This document shows positions 56,133-64,000 of a stretch of 64,000 nt of DNA, piece after piece. This stretch comes from an uncultured Thermoleophilia bacterium. GTDB lineage: Bacteria > Actinomycetota > Thermoleophilia > UBA2241. Positions within the stretch are counted from its first letter, which is position 1. Each line of letters starts with the position of its first letter. The translations under genes and the position numbers were made by a program. The DNA lies in assembly GCA_963736645.1 (NCBI GenBank), contig CAVTPJ010000004.1, forward strand, positions 79,109-143,108, given 5' to 3'. The notes beneath the pieces were generated by a model. That model was given only the letters and a program-made list of their open reading frames with translations. It ran no database searches and was not told the DNA's origin.

Positions 56133-57166
56133 GCGCCGACGGCTCCGACTTCGGGGTGCGGCGGCTGCGGATGGTCGAGGATCAGCTCGTCGCTCGCGGG
56201 CTGCGCGACGAGGCGGTGATCGCGGCGATGCGCTCGGTGCCGCGCCACCTGTTCGTGCCGGAGGACCTCTGCCGCGAGGCCTACGCCGACTCGCCGCTGC
56301 CGATCGGCCTCGGCCAGACCATCTCGCAGCCCTACATGGTGGCGATCATGACCTCGCTGCTCGGCGTCGACGTGCGCTCGCGCGTGCTGGAAGTCGGCTC
56401 GGGGAGCGGGTACCAGACGGCCGTCCTCGCCGAGATCGCGGGTGAGGTGTGCGCCGTCGAGCGGCTTGCCCCGCTGGCGGAGCGCGCCCGGGCAGTGCTC
56501 GTCCGCCTCGGGTACGACAACGTGCGACTCGCCATCGGCGACGGCGCCAGAGGCTGGCACGAGCTGGCGCCGTTCCACGGCATCCTGGTGGCGGCTGCCG
56601 CCGACGAGGTGCCGCCCGAGCTGCTGGGCCAGCTTGCCGACGGCGGTCGGCTGGTCGTCCCCGTCGGGCGCAGCCGCGGCGACCAGGTGCTCACGATCGT
56701 CGAGAGGGTGGGCGACGCCTTCGAGGAGCGCCACGATACGCGCTGCCGCTTCGTGCCGCTGGTCCGCGATCCGAGCCCCGAGCAGCGGCGCAAGGATGCT
56801 CTGCGCAGCGGCGGGCGCGGCGGGGACCCGGACCGGGAGCGCGCGGGCGGCGAGGATGCTCGCGGCGACAGCCCCGACTGGGACGAGGAGGCCGGCATGA
56901 AGTCGGTGGAGGTCAGGGTGAGCGGCATGGTGCAGGGCGTGTTCTACCGATCGAGCGCGCGCCGCGAGGGCGCGCTGCGCGGCCTGCGCGGGTGGGTGCG
57001 CAATCTGAGCGACGGCACCGTCGCGCTGCACCTTCAGGGAAGCGGCGAAGCTGTCGATGCCATGCTCGACTGGTGCCGCGAAGGTCCGCCGGCGGCCCGG
57101 GTCTCGCGGCTCACGGTCAGCGACGCACCGGCGGACGAGAACCTTCACGGCTTCGAGGTGAGGTAG
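56129..57166 (+). CDS. pcm: Protein-L-isoaspartate O-methyltransferase fused in frame to an acylphosphatase domain
   Basis: ATG 56129 overlaps the previous stop (ATGA). The PIMT motifs are TISQPYMVA and VLEVGSGSGYQTAVLA. After a 45-aa charged linker comes the acylphosphatase signature VSGMVQGVFYR...GWVRNLSDGTV. No stop codon lies between the two. Confidence 0.85.
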   Translation: MSADGSDFGVRRLRMVEDQLVARGLRDEAVIAAMRSVPRHLFVPEDLCREAYADSPLPIGLGQTISQPYMVAIMTSLLGVDVRSRVLEVGSGSGYQTAVLAEIAGEVCAVERLAPLAERARAVLVRLGYDNVRLAIGDGARGWHELAPFHGILVAAAADEVPPELLGQLADGGRLVVPVGRSRGDQVLTIVERVGDAFEERHDTRCRFVPLVRDPSPEQRRKDALRSGGRGGDPDRERAGGEDARGDSPDWDEEAGMKSVEVRVSGMVQGVFYRSSARREGALRGLRGWVRNLSDGTVALHLQGSGEAVDAMLDWCREGPPAARVSRLTVSDAPADENLHGFEVR

Positions 57167-57859
57167 ATGTCCGGCAGTGCCCAGAGGCCCACAGACCGCC
57201 GGGTGACACTCGACGACGTGCGCCACGACCATGAGGTCGAGGTCTTCGTGCGCAAGGCCGACGAGAACCTGGGCGTGCTCGGCTACACGGAGCATGGGCC
57301 GCGGCACTGCGGCATCGTGGCGGGCATCGCGCAGAGCGTTCTGCTGCGGCTCGGCTATCCGCCGCGCACGGCCGAGCTCGCCGCCATCGCCGGCTACCTG
57401 CACGACGTCGGCAACGGCATCAACCGCCTGGATCACGGTATCGCCGCGGCGCTCCTCAGCCAGCATGTCCTGGAGCGCCTCGGGATGGGTCCGGACGAGT
57501 ACGCCGAGGTCATGTGCGCCATCGGCAACCACGAAGAGGAGTACGGCGAGGCGGTGAGCCCGCTGGCAGCGGCGGTGATCCTCGGCGACAAGAGCGACGT
57601 GCACCGCAGCCGGGTGCGGGTGATCGACCCGGACACCGACGACATCCACGACCGCGTCAACATGGCCACCACGCGGTCGTTCCTGGCCGTGGACAGCGAG
57701 GCGCACACCATCACGCTCGAGCTGGAGATCGACACGGAGACCATCCAGGTCATGCAGTACTTCGAGATCTTCCTCGACCGCATGGTGATGTGCCGGCGGG
57801 CGGCGGAGTTCCTCGGCTGCCGGTTCGGGATCGTGATCAACGGGACGCGGGTGCTCTAG
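57167..57859 (+). CDS. HD-domain phosphohydrolase
   Basis: The ATG immediately follows the previous stop. The H...HD motif is present (GPRHCGIV...AGYLHDVGN), followed by GNHEEE. Confidence 0.75.
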   Translation: MSGSAQRPTDRRVTLDDVRHDHEVEVFVRKADENLGVLGYTEHGPRHCGIVAGIAQSVLLRLGYPPRTAELAAIAGYLHDVGNGINRLDHGIAAALLSQHVLERLGMGPDEYAEVMCAIGNHEEEYGEAVSPLAAAVILGDKSDVHRSRVRVIDPDTDDIHDRVNMATTRSFLAVDSEAHTITLELEIDTETIQVMQYFEIFLDRMVMCRRAAEFLGCRFGIVINGTRVL

Positions 57860-57931
57860 GGCCTCGGTGGTGGGCCGCCGCGGCGCTCGTGTGCTATACC
57901 AGTGGACAACCTGATCGAGTGGAGGTGGACG

Positions 57932-58297
57932 GTGGGCAGAGCCGACAAGAAGGCGGCCAAGGCCGCGACGAAGGCCGCCGGCAAGAAGCGGCGCGGCGGA
58001 CTCCTGTTCGGAGTCGTCATCGGCGCCGTCGCCGGTCTGCTGCTGGCGCCCAAGAGCGGCAAGGAGACGCGGCAGCAGCTGCTGGGCGAGGGCGGCCTCG
58101 GCGCCCAGGTCGACCGCATCAGGGGCGCCATCGGCGCGGGCAAGGACTCCGCCGCCGACCAGAACGAGGCGCTGCGGCGCAAGATCGAGGAGACGCGCGA
58201 GCGTCTGCGCAGCCAGATGGATGCCGGCGGCAACGGCGTCGGCGGCGAGGACGCCTGGGGCGGCCCGGCCGGCACCGGGCCCGGCGATCTGAGCTGA
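57932..58297 (+). CDS. YtxH-domain protein
   Basis: I prefer GTG 57932 because GGAGG lies 6 nt upstream (the track start is 57902). It has the YtxH pattern FGVVIGAVAGLLLAPKSGKETRQQL followed by an amphipathic helix. Confidence 0.65.
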   Translation: MGRADKKAAKAATKAAGKKRRGGLLFGVVIGAVAGLLLAPKSGKETRQQLLGEGGLGAQVDRIRGAIGAGKDSAADQNEALRRKIEETRERLRSQMDAGGNGVGGEDAWGGPAGTGPGDLS

Positions 58298-59151
58298 ACC
58301 GGCGGGCGCGCAACGGGCTGGGGGCGGCGGCTGCGACCTTCGGGGCCGCCGTCTTCGGGCTCGCCTACCTGCTGCACGAGGCGCAGTGGGTGCGCCGCGT
58401 CGACCGGCGCCTGGCGGCGCCGGACGCGAGCGCGGCGCTCGACCGCCTGGTCGTCGTGCAGCTCTCCGACTTCCACGCCGGCTTCACCCCCAGCTTCAAT
58501 CTGCGCGCCACGCGCAAGGCCGTCGATCTGGCGCTCGCCGCCGAGCCGGATCTCGTGCTCATCAGCGGCGACTTCGCCGGCGGTCCGCACGGCGCCGGTG
58601 AGCTGCAGCGCCAGCTGCGGCGGCTGCGCGCGCCGCTCGGCGTGTTCGGCGTCTTCGGCAACCACGACCACGGCGACAGCAAGGCGCCGTTCGTCCAGCC
58701 GACCGATCCGCGCATCGTCGAGGAATGCGGGGTGCGCCTGCTCGTCAACGAGGCGGCGAGCGTCGAGCGTCGTGGCGCCGTCATCCAGATAGCGGGGGTC
58801 GACGACACCGACGGCGGGCACGACGACCTGCCGGCGGTGCTGGCTGCGCTCGACCGCCGGCCGGGCGTCCTCCGCCTGCTGCTGAGCCACCACGCCGAGG
58901 TCGTCAGGCGGACGGCGCCGGGCGACTTCCATCTGACGCTCTCGGGCGACACGCACGGCGGCCAGATCTGCCTGCCGCTGCCCGGCCGCCGGGTCCTGCT
59001 CAGCGATCTCGGCGCCGAGTTCGCCGAGGGGGCCTACGACGTCGGCGGCCGGCAGCTCTACGTCACGCGCGGCGTGGGCACCAGCATGCTGCCGTTCCGC
59101 GCCTTCTGCCGGCCGGAGATCGTCGTCTTCCACGTGGAGGCCGGACGGTGA
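58294..59151 (+). CDS. Membrane-anchored metallophosphoesterase
   Basis: The motifs are VQLSDFHAG, SGDFAGG, GNHDH and SGDTHGG. An N-terminal TM helix (FGAAVFGLAYLL) is present. The start is unresolved, because no ATG or GTG lies between the YtxH stop and the TM helix. CTG 58294 is a placeholder. Confidence 0.7.
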   Translation: MNRRARNGLGAAAATFGAAVFGLAYLLHEAQWVRRVDRRLAAPDASAALDRLVVVQLSDFHAGFTPSFNLRATRKAVDLALAAEPDLVLISGDFAGGPHGAGELQRQLRRLRAPLGVFGVFGNHDHGDSKAPFVQPTDPRIVEECGVRLLVNEAASVERRGAVIQIAGVDDTDGGHDDLPAVLAALDRRPGVLRLLLSHHAEVVRRTAPGDFHLTLSGDTHGGQICLPLPGRRVLLSDLGAEFAEGAYDVGGRQLYVTRGVGTSMLPFRAFCRPEIVVFHVEAGR

Positions 59152-59501
59152 ACCGCCATGCACACCCCGCGGCCGGTCTCGTGGCGGTCTTCCTCGCGAG
59201 CGCCGTCCTGGGTCTCTTCGCGCTGGCCGGCTGCGGCGGCAACGCCGATCCGTTCGTAGGGCTCTACTGGGAGCCGTCCACCTCACGGCGCGTCGAGATC
59301 CGCAAGGACGGTGACGAGTACTGGCTGTACTACGGCGCCGCGAAGAAGCCCTACGAGGCCTTCCGCGACGGCGACGAGCTCCGCATCGCCGAGCCCATGG
59401 GCGGCCAGACCGTCGTGCGTCGGGGCGATGACGACGCCACGCTGGAGCTCGAGACCGCGGGCAAGACCACGGTGCTCAAGCGGCTGCAGCAGCACCAGTA
59501 G
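59148..59501 (+). CDS. Putative small lipoprotein
   Basis: GTG 59148 overlaps the previous stop (GTGA). The signal peptide has the lipobox FALAGC-GGN. Confidence 0.55.
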   Translation: MNRHAHPAAGLVAVFLASAVLGLFALAGCGGNADPFVGLYWEPSTSRRVEIRKDGDEYWLYYGAAKKPYEAFRDGDELRIAEPMGGQTVVRRGDDDATLELETAGKTTVLKRLQQHQ

Positions 59502-59520
59502 AGCGGCGGCGGCCGGTCAC

Positions 59521-60702
59521 TCAGCCGCCGCGAGAGAACAGCCGCGCGAGCGGCGGCGAGACGTTGTCGATCGCCGCCGTGGGGCAGACCTCCGTGCAGG
59601 CGAAGCAGCGCACGCAGAGCGAGTCGTCGTAGTCGGGCAGCGGGTCCATGGCGATGGCTCTGGTGCCGCAGATGGCCGCGCACTCGTTGCAGGCGATGCA
59701 GGCGCCGGGGTCCACGAGGCGGGGACGCGCCGTGATCAGGTTGCGCGTGAACCGGTGCAGCGACGGGGGCAGGAGTTCCTGCATGTCGCGGCGCACCGGC
59801 TTGAACCCGGCGTCCGGCTCGATGGGGTCGCCGGCCAGCCGGTACGGGTCGTCCAGGTCGACGAGACCCCGCCGCGCGGAGGCGGCCACGGTGTACACCG
59901 AGCGGCGCTCGTGGGCGACGCGGTCGGCGAGCGCGACGTCGAGCGCGACGCAGTCGTGCGCGGCGAACAGGGAGTCGAGCTCCTTGGGCGTGCCGCTGCC
60001 GGGCCCCTGGCCCTCCATGGCGACGATCGCGTCGATGATGGTGAACCGCGGGCGCACGGCGAGGTGCAGGTCGAGGAGCATGTCGGCGAAGTCCTCGCGC
60101 CGCTGCGCCTTGACGTGGAGGTGCGCCTTGGCCAGGCCGGGGATCACGCCGTAGGTGAGCTTGACGCCACCGGTGAGGCGCATGAGCTGGTGGGTCTTGA
60201 GGACGCCGACCTGCACGATGGCGTCGGCGTCCAGGAAGGCGCGCCCGACGGGGAAGCTGCGATACAGCCGGCCGTCGGGCGCGTCCAGCAAGGCCTTGTC
60301 GTCCTCCACGTCGACGATCTGCACGCCCTCGGCGGCGCAGACGTCGGCGAGGCCGCTGAGCTTGTAGGCGCGCGCGACCTTGGCGGGCCCGTTGAGGCCG
60401 CCGGGGCTGTCGGCGACGAAGGGCTCGCCTCCGGCACGCTTGAGCGCCCGCAGCACGCAGCCGAGCGTCTCGGGGTGGGTGGTCACCGCCTTCTCGGGGG
60501 GGGCGGCGCGGAGCAGGTTGATCTTGACGGCCACGCGCTCCCCCGGCCGGACGAGGGCGGACCAGCCGCCGAACGGCTCGACGAGGCGCTCGAGCGACGC
60601 GTCGAGCCCGGGTCCGTGCGTGGCGCGCACGTGCGCGACGAGCGAGGGGCCGGTGGAGGCCTGGGGCATGCCGGCGGACGCCTCCGCCCTGCCGTCGCTC
60701 AC
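59521..60702 (-). CDS. DUF362-domain protein with C-terminal 2x[4Fe-4S] ferredoxin domain
   Basis: The DUF362-like core is VAVKINLL...KTHQLM..T.GVK. The C-terminal cluster motifs are CIACNECAAICGT and CVRCFACTEVCPT. GTG 60702 overlaps the upstream stop (ATG 60669 is an alternative start). Confidence 0.8.
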   Translation of the reverse strand: MSDGRAEASAGMPQASTGPSLVAHVRATHGPGLDASLERLVEPFGGWSALVRPGERVAVKINLLRAAPPEKAVTTHPETLGCVLRALKRAGGEPFVADSPGGLNGPAKVARAYKLSGLADVCAAEGVQIVDVEDDKALLDAPDGRLYRSFPVGRAFLDADAIVQVGVLKTHQLMRLTGGVKLTYGVIPGLAKAHLHVKAQRREDFADMLLDLHLAVRPRFTIIDAIVAMEGQGPGSGTPKELDSLFAAHDCVALDVALADRVAHERRSVYTVAASARRGLVDLDDPYRLAGDPIEPDAGFKPVRRDMQELLPPSLHRFTRNLITARPRLVDPGACIACNECAAICGTRAIAMDPLPDYDDSLCVRCFACTEVCPTAAIDNVSPPLARLFSRGG

Positions 60703-61289
60703 GGCCGTGGCTTCTCCGTGACGACGACGTTGTGGTAGCGGCCCAGGTCGCCCGGCGCGTACACGGCGAGCTCGTGCAGGCCGATCCCGGCGAGCAACGC
60801 GCGCACGGCGTCCAGCGCGAGCACGTGGTCGTTGGGCGGTCCGACAGGGCGATCCATCTGGGCGAACTCGGCGGCCACGAGCAGGCCGCCGGGGGCGAGG
60901 AGCCGCTCGATCTCGGCGAGCGCGCCCGGGTCGTCGACGACGTGGTGGAGCACGTTGACGATCAGCATGCGGTCGGCGACCGCGTCGTCGAGCGGCGCTC
61001 TGCCGTCTTCGCTGAGGATGGGCTCGACGCAGCCGGGCGCCGACCGCGCCGCGAGCTTGGCGCGCAGGCGGTCGAGGAGCTCGGGCTGCTCGTCCACGGC
61101 CAGCACGCGGCCCAGCGGCACGGCCGCTGCGAGGGGGATCGAATACATGCCGGTGCCGGCGCCGAAATCCACGATGGTCTCGGCGCCGGTGAGCCCGAGC
61201 AGCTCGACCAGCCTGGCAGGCGGGAGCTCGACGAGCCTCTCCGGGTTCTCGAGCTTGTCGGCGTGTCTGGGGTCGAACTTCTCGGCCAC
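60699..61289 (-). CDS. Class I SAM-dependent methyltransferase
   Basis: I prefer GTG 61289 (VAEKFDPRHADKLENPER), which starts 17 nt after the csoR-like stop. SAM motif I is IVDFGAGTGMYS. Confidence 0.75.
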   Translation of the reverse strand: MAEKFDPRHADKLENPERLVELPPARLVELLGLTGAETIVDFGAGTGMYSIPLAAAVPLGRVLAVDEQPELLDRLRAKLAARSAPGCVEPILSEDGRAPLDDAVADRMLIVNVLHHVVDDPGALAEIERLLAPGGLLVAAEFAQMDRPVGPPNDHVLALDAVRALLAGIGLHELAVYAPGDLGRYHNVVVTEKPRP

Positions 61290-61306
61290 GCGGCGCGCCG
61301 GACCCG

Positions 61307-61585
61307 CTACTTGACGCAGCGGGCGTACTTGAGAAAGGCCTCCAGGGCCTTCTCGACTGCTTCGGGCGGAGCGATCTCGTCGCCCGCCTCCTCGCTGAGA
61401 CATTCGCGCATCTTCAGCGAGATGAGCAGCACGCCCACGCGGTCGAGCGCCGCCTTGGTGGCGGCGAGCTGGGTGAAGATCTCCTCGCAGGGACGTCCTT
61501 GCTCGATCATCCGCTGCAGACCGCGGGACTGGCCCTCGACCCGGCGCAGACGGTTGATCAGGCGCCCTGCTTCGTCCTGATCCAT
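61307..61585 (-). CDS. CsoR/RcnR-family (DUF156) metal- or thiol-responsive repressor
   Basis: ATG 61585 is preceded by GGAGGAG. The family core is LINRLRRVEGQSRGLQRMIEQGRPCEEIFTQLAATKAAL. Both Cys positions are present, but Lys replaces the Cu-ligand His. Confidence 0.85.
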   Translation of the reverse strand: MDQDEAGRLINRLRRVEGQSRGLQRMIEQGRPCEEIFTQLAATKAALDRVGVLLISLKMRECLSEEAGDEIAPPEAVEKALEAFLKYARCVK

Positions 61586-61733
61586 GTACTCCTCCACGCC
61601 GCGACTATACCCCCGGGGGCTATCGTCGACAATACGGTGAAAGCCTGAGACTGAACGCACGGGTACGGTCGCCGGGTAGGGGTATCGTCGGCGGCCGCGC
61701 ACCGACGATGGCGCGCCTTCGGCGGCCGTCGCC

Positions 61734-62594
61734 TCAGGTGAGGCGCTCGAGCTGGTCCCCGGCGGCGCAGCGCAGGTCGGCGAGCACGCCGTCGGGGACG
61801 GGCGCGCCGCCGGAGCCGGCGCCGAGCCGCGCCTTGGGCTTCACGCTGCCGTGGTAGTCGGAGCCGCCCGTGGGCACGAGCGCGTACTTGCGCGCGAGGG
61901 CGAGACAGGCGGCCACCGTCTCCTCGTCGTGGAGCGGGTAGTAGCACTCGATGCCGACGAGGCCGCCGCGGGCCGCGTCGCGGACGATGTGGTTGAGTCC
62001 GGCCGCGTCCGTGCGGATGAGGCCGGGGTGGGCGAGGACGGGGAGGGCGCCCGACGCGCGCAGCAGCCGGAGGGCGTGGGACAGCGAGAGCCGGCGCCGG
62101 TCGACCCAGGCCGGCGCGCCGCGGCGCAAGTAGAGCTTGAATGCCTCGCTGATCGAGCTCACGTACCCGCGGCGCATCATCGCCTCGCCGATGTGCGGCC
62201 GGCCGACGGCGCCGTTCTCGCCGGCCGCGGCCAGGTCGGCGGGCTCGAGCGGCAGGCCGAGCTCGGTCAGCCGCGCGACCATCCGCGCGTTGCGCTCGTC
62301 GCGATAGGCGCGCAGCTCCGTGAGCTCGCGCTGGAGCTCGCCGGTCGGCGTCCCCGCGAGGAAGTACCCGAGCATGTCCATGGTGACCTGGTCGTGCTCG
62401 AGGTTGATCTCCACGCCGGGGATGACCTCGATGGCGTAGCGCTCGCCGGCGGCGAGCGCCTCCGGCAGGCCGTCCACGGTGTCGTGGTCGGTGACGGCGA
62501 CGGCGGTGAGGCCGATGGCCGCCGCCTCCTTCACCAGCTGTGCCGGCGTCAGCGAGCCGTCCGAGAACGTCGTGTGGGTGTGCAGGTCGATCAC
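61734..62594 (-). CDS. PHP-domain metal-dependent phosphoesterase (TrpH/YciV-like)
   Basis: GTG 62594 (VIDLHTHTTFSDGS). It also has AVTDHD, the LAHPG motif in the VLAHPGL context, and GGSDYHG. Confidence 0.85.
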   Translation of the reverse strand: MIDLHTHTTFSDGSLTPAQLVKEAAAIGLTAVAVTDHDTVDGLPEALAAGERYAIEVIPGVEINLEHDQVTMDMLGYFLAGTPTGELQRELTELRAYRDERNARMVARLTELGLPLEPADLAAAGENGAVGRPHIGEAMMRRGYVSSISEAFKLYLRRGAPAWVDRRRLSLSHALRLLRASGALPVLAHPGLIRTDAAGLNHIVRDAARGGLVGIECYYPLHDEETVAACLALARKYALVPTGGSDYHGSVKPKARLGAGSGGAPVPDGVLADLRCAAGDQLERLT

Positions 62595-62725
62595 GCCCTC
62601 TAGCGTACCCCGCCCGGCCGCGCGGCGCGCCTGCCCGCCACGCGGGTAAGATGGTGGAGCGCGCGGGGGCACAGGTGACCTCCGCGCCGTCGTCCGGTCA
62701 CATGGTCCCGCCCTGGAGGTCCGCG

Positions 62726-63766
62726 ATGCGCATCGGGATGATCGCCCCGCCCTGGTTCCCTCTGCCGCCGCAGCGCTACGGTGGCATCGAGTTCGTGGTC
62801 AGTCTCCTCACCGAGGGCCTCGTCGCCCGCGGTCACGACGTCACCCTGTTCGCCAGCGGCGACTCCGAGACGCAGGCGCGGCTCAGCTACATCTTCTCCC
62901 GCGCCCCCTTCGAGCAGATCGAGAAGGGAGCTCACCTCGAGGTCATGCACAGCCTCGAGGCCTACAAGCGGGCACGCGAGTTCGACGTGATCCACGACCA
63001 CGACGGGCTCGCCAGCCGCGCCATGGGTGCGCTGGTCCGCGAACTCACCGGCACGCCGGTGGTGGCCACGCTCCACGGCCCGGCGGACGCGATCACCCAG
63101 GAGCTGCTCGGCTCCCTCCGCGCCGACCTCCAGTTCATCGCCATCAGCGACTACCAGCGGCAGGGGTTCCCCGACCTGCGGTTCGTCGGCACGATCCCCA
63201 ACGCCATCGACGTCGAGCACATGCCCTTCAGCGCCGAGAAGGACGACTACCTGTTGTTCATCGGGCGCATGACCGCCGACAAGGGCGCCCACACCGCGAT
63301 CGAGGTGGCGAGGCGCCTGGACAAGCGGCTGATCATGGCCGGCAAGGTCAACGAGGGACCGGAGCGTGAGTTCTTTGCCGCGGAGGTCGAGCCGTACCTC
63401 TCCGACAACATCCACTACCGCGGGGAGGTCGACCACGAGACCAAGGTCGAGCTCTACAAGCGCGCACGCTGCACGCTCTTCCCGATCCAGTGGCCGGAGC
63501 CGTTCGGCCTCGTGATGATCGAGTCGCTCGCCTGCGGCACGCCGGTGATCGCGATGCGCCAGGGCTCGGTGCCCGAGGTGATCGAACACGGGCGCAGCGG
63601 GTTCATCGTCGAGACGGCCGACGAGATGGTGGAGGCGTTCGCGCGCATCGACGAGATCGACCCGGCCGAGTGCCGGCGAGCCGTCGAGGAGCGGTTCGGC
63701 AGTGAGGCGTTCGTGGCCGCGCACGAAGCCGCGTATGCGCGGCTGCTCCCGGGCGGCGCCGGCTGA
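62726..63766 (+). CDS. Glycosyltransferase family 4 (GT-B, GT1 superfamily)
   Basis: ATG 62726 (MRIGMIAPPWFPLPP..YGGIE) follows GGAGG. The C-terminal motif is EPFGLVMIESLACGTPVIA. Confidence 0.85.
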   Translation: MRIGMIAPPWFPLPPQRYGGIEFVVSLLTEGLVARGHDVTLFASGDSETQARLSYIFSRAPFEQIEKGAHLEVMHSLEAYKRAREFDVIHDHDGLASRAMGALVRELTGTPVVATLHGPADAITQELLGSLRADLQFIAISDYQRQGFPDLRFVGTIPNAIDVEHMPFSAEKDDYLLFIGRMTADKGAHTAIEVARRLDKRLIMAGKVNEGPEREFFAAEVEPYLSDNIHYRGEVDHETKVELYKRARCTLFPIQWPEPFGLVMIESLACGTPVIAMRQGSVPEVIEHGRSGFIVETADEMVEAFARIDEIDPAECRRAVEERFGSEAFVAAHEAAYARLLPGGAG

Positions 63767-63779
63767 GCCCGGCCTCCTG

Positions 63780-64000
63780 CTAGTTGGGCTCGAGCATCCC
63801 GGCGAAGCTGAGACGCCCGCTGAGCCGCTCGGGCTCGGGCGTCTCGAAGGGATAGGCCGCCAGGAAGACGTCCACGACCCGAGGGTCGAACTGGGTGCCC
63901 GCGTTGCGGCTGAGTTCGCCGAGCGCGGTGTCGAGGGGCAGCGCCCTGCGATAGGGACGGTCGGTGGTCATCGCGTCGAACGCGTCGCACACGAGCAGGA
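63780..64000 (-). CDS. HD-GYP-domain protein, C-terminal end (5' part outside window)
   Basis: CDAFDAMTTDRPYRRAL...AGTQFDPRVVDVF is the conserved end of HD-GYP phosphodiesterase domains. The ORF is open to the window edge. Confidence 0.8.
   Translation of the reverse strand, partial: LLVCDAFDAMTTDRPYRRALPLDTALGELSRNAGTQFDPRVVDVFLAAYPFETPEPERLSGRLSFAGMLEPN

Overview
Very GC-rich sequence (by eye well above 65% G+C, with G/C dominating codon position 3). It is a densely packed chromosomal segment whose protein repertoire looks actinobacterial (Thermoleophilia/Rubrobacteria-like). That placement is inference from protein motifs only. I call about 65 protein genes, 2 tRNAs (tRNA-Gln-CUG directly downstream of glnS, and tRNA-Glu-CUC), and 3 decayed genes. 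I see no rRNA, CRISPR array, transposase, integrase or phage genes. Many neighbouring genes overlap by 4 nt (ATGA/GTGA stop-start), which suggests translationally coupled operons. Because of the GC content, the six-frame track is full of long shadow ORFs, and many real genes carry spurious N-terminal extensions. I re-set starts using conserved N-termini and Shine-Dalgarno spacing. Gene content is mixed housekeeping and accessory metabolism:
- typA 3' end, rpiA, msrA, mntP, glnS, and a malic enzyme plus two-subunit class I fumarase.
- An unusually high density of PLP enzymes.
- A MarR plus heterodimeric ABC exporter operon.
- Several membrane hydrolases.
- Stress and repair genes.
Most noteworthy observations:
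1. A class II aldolase fused to a class III aminotransferase, clustered with an FGGY kinase and an MFS transporter.
2. A degraded duplicate of the FGGY kinase 5' end, with a 106-nt stretch identical base for base. The two copies bracket a corA-like gene, which looks like a rearrangement scar.
3. An in-frame PIMT-acylphosphatase fusion with an internal SD+ATG, inside a tightly coupled six-gene operon.
4. An operon of a CsoR-family regulator lacking the Cu-ligand His, a SAM methyltransferase, and a DUF362/4Fe-4S protein.
5. An orphan family-5 solute-binding protein with a C-terminal membrane anchor.
6. GTAC-rich extended palindromes in two intergenic regions.
I found no recognisable defence, toxin or mobile system. 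All calls rest on manual motif recognition, and no database search was possible.
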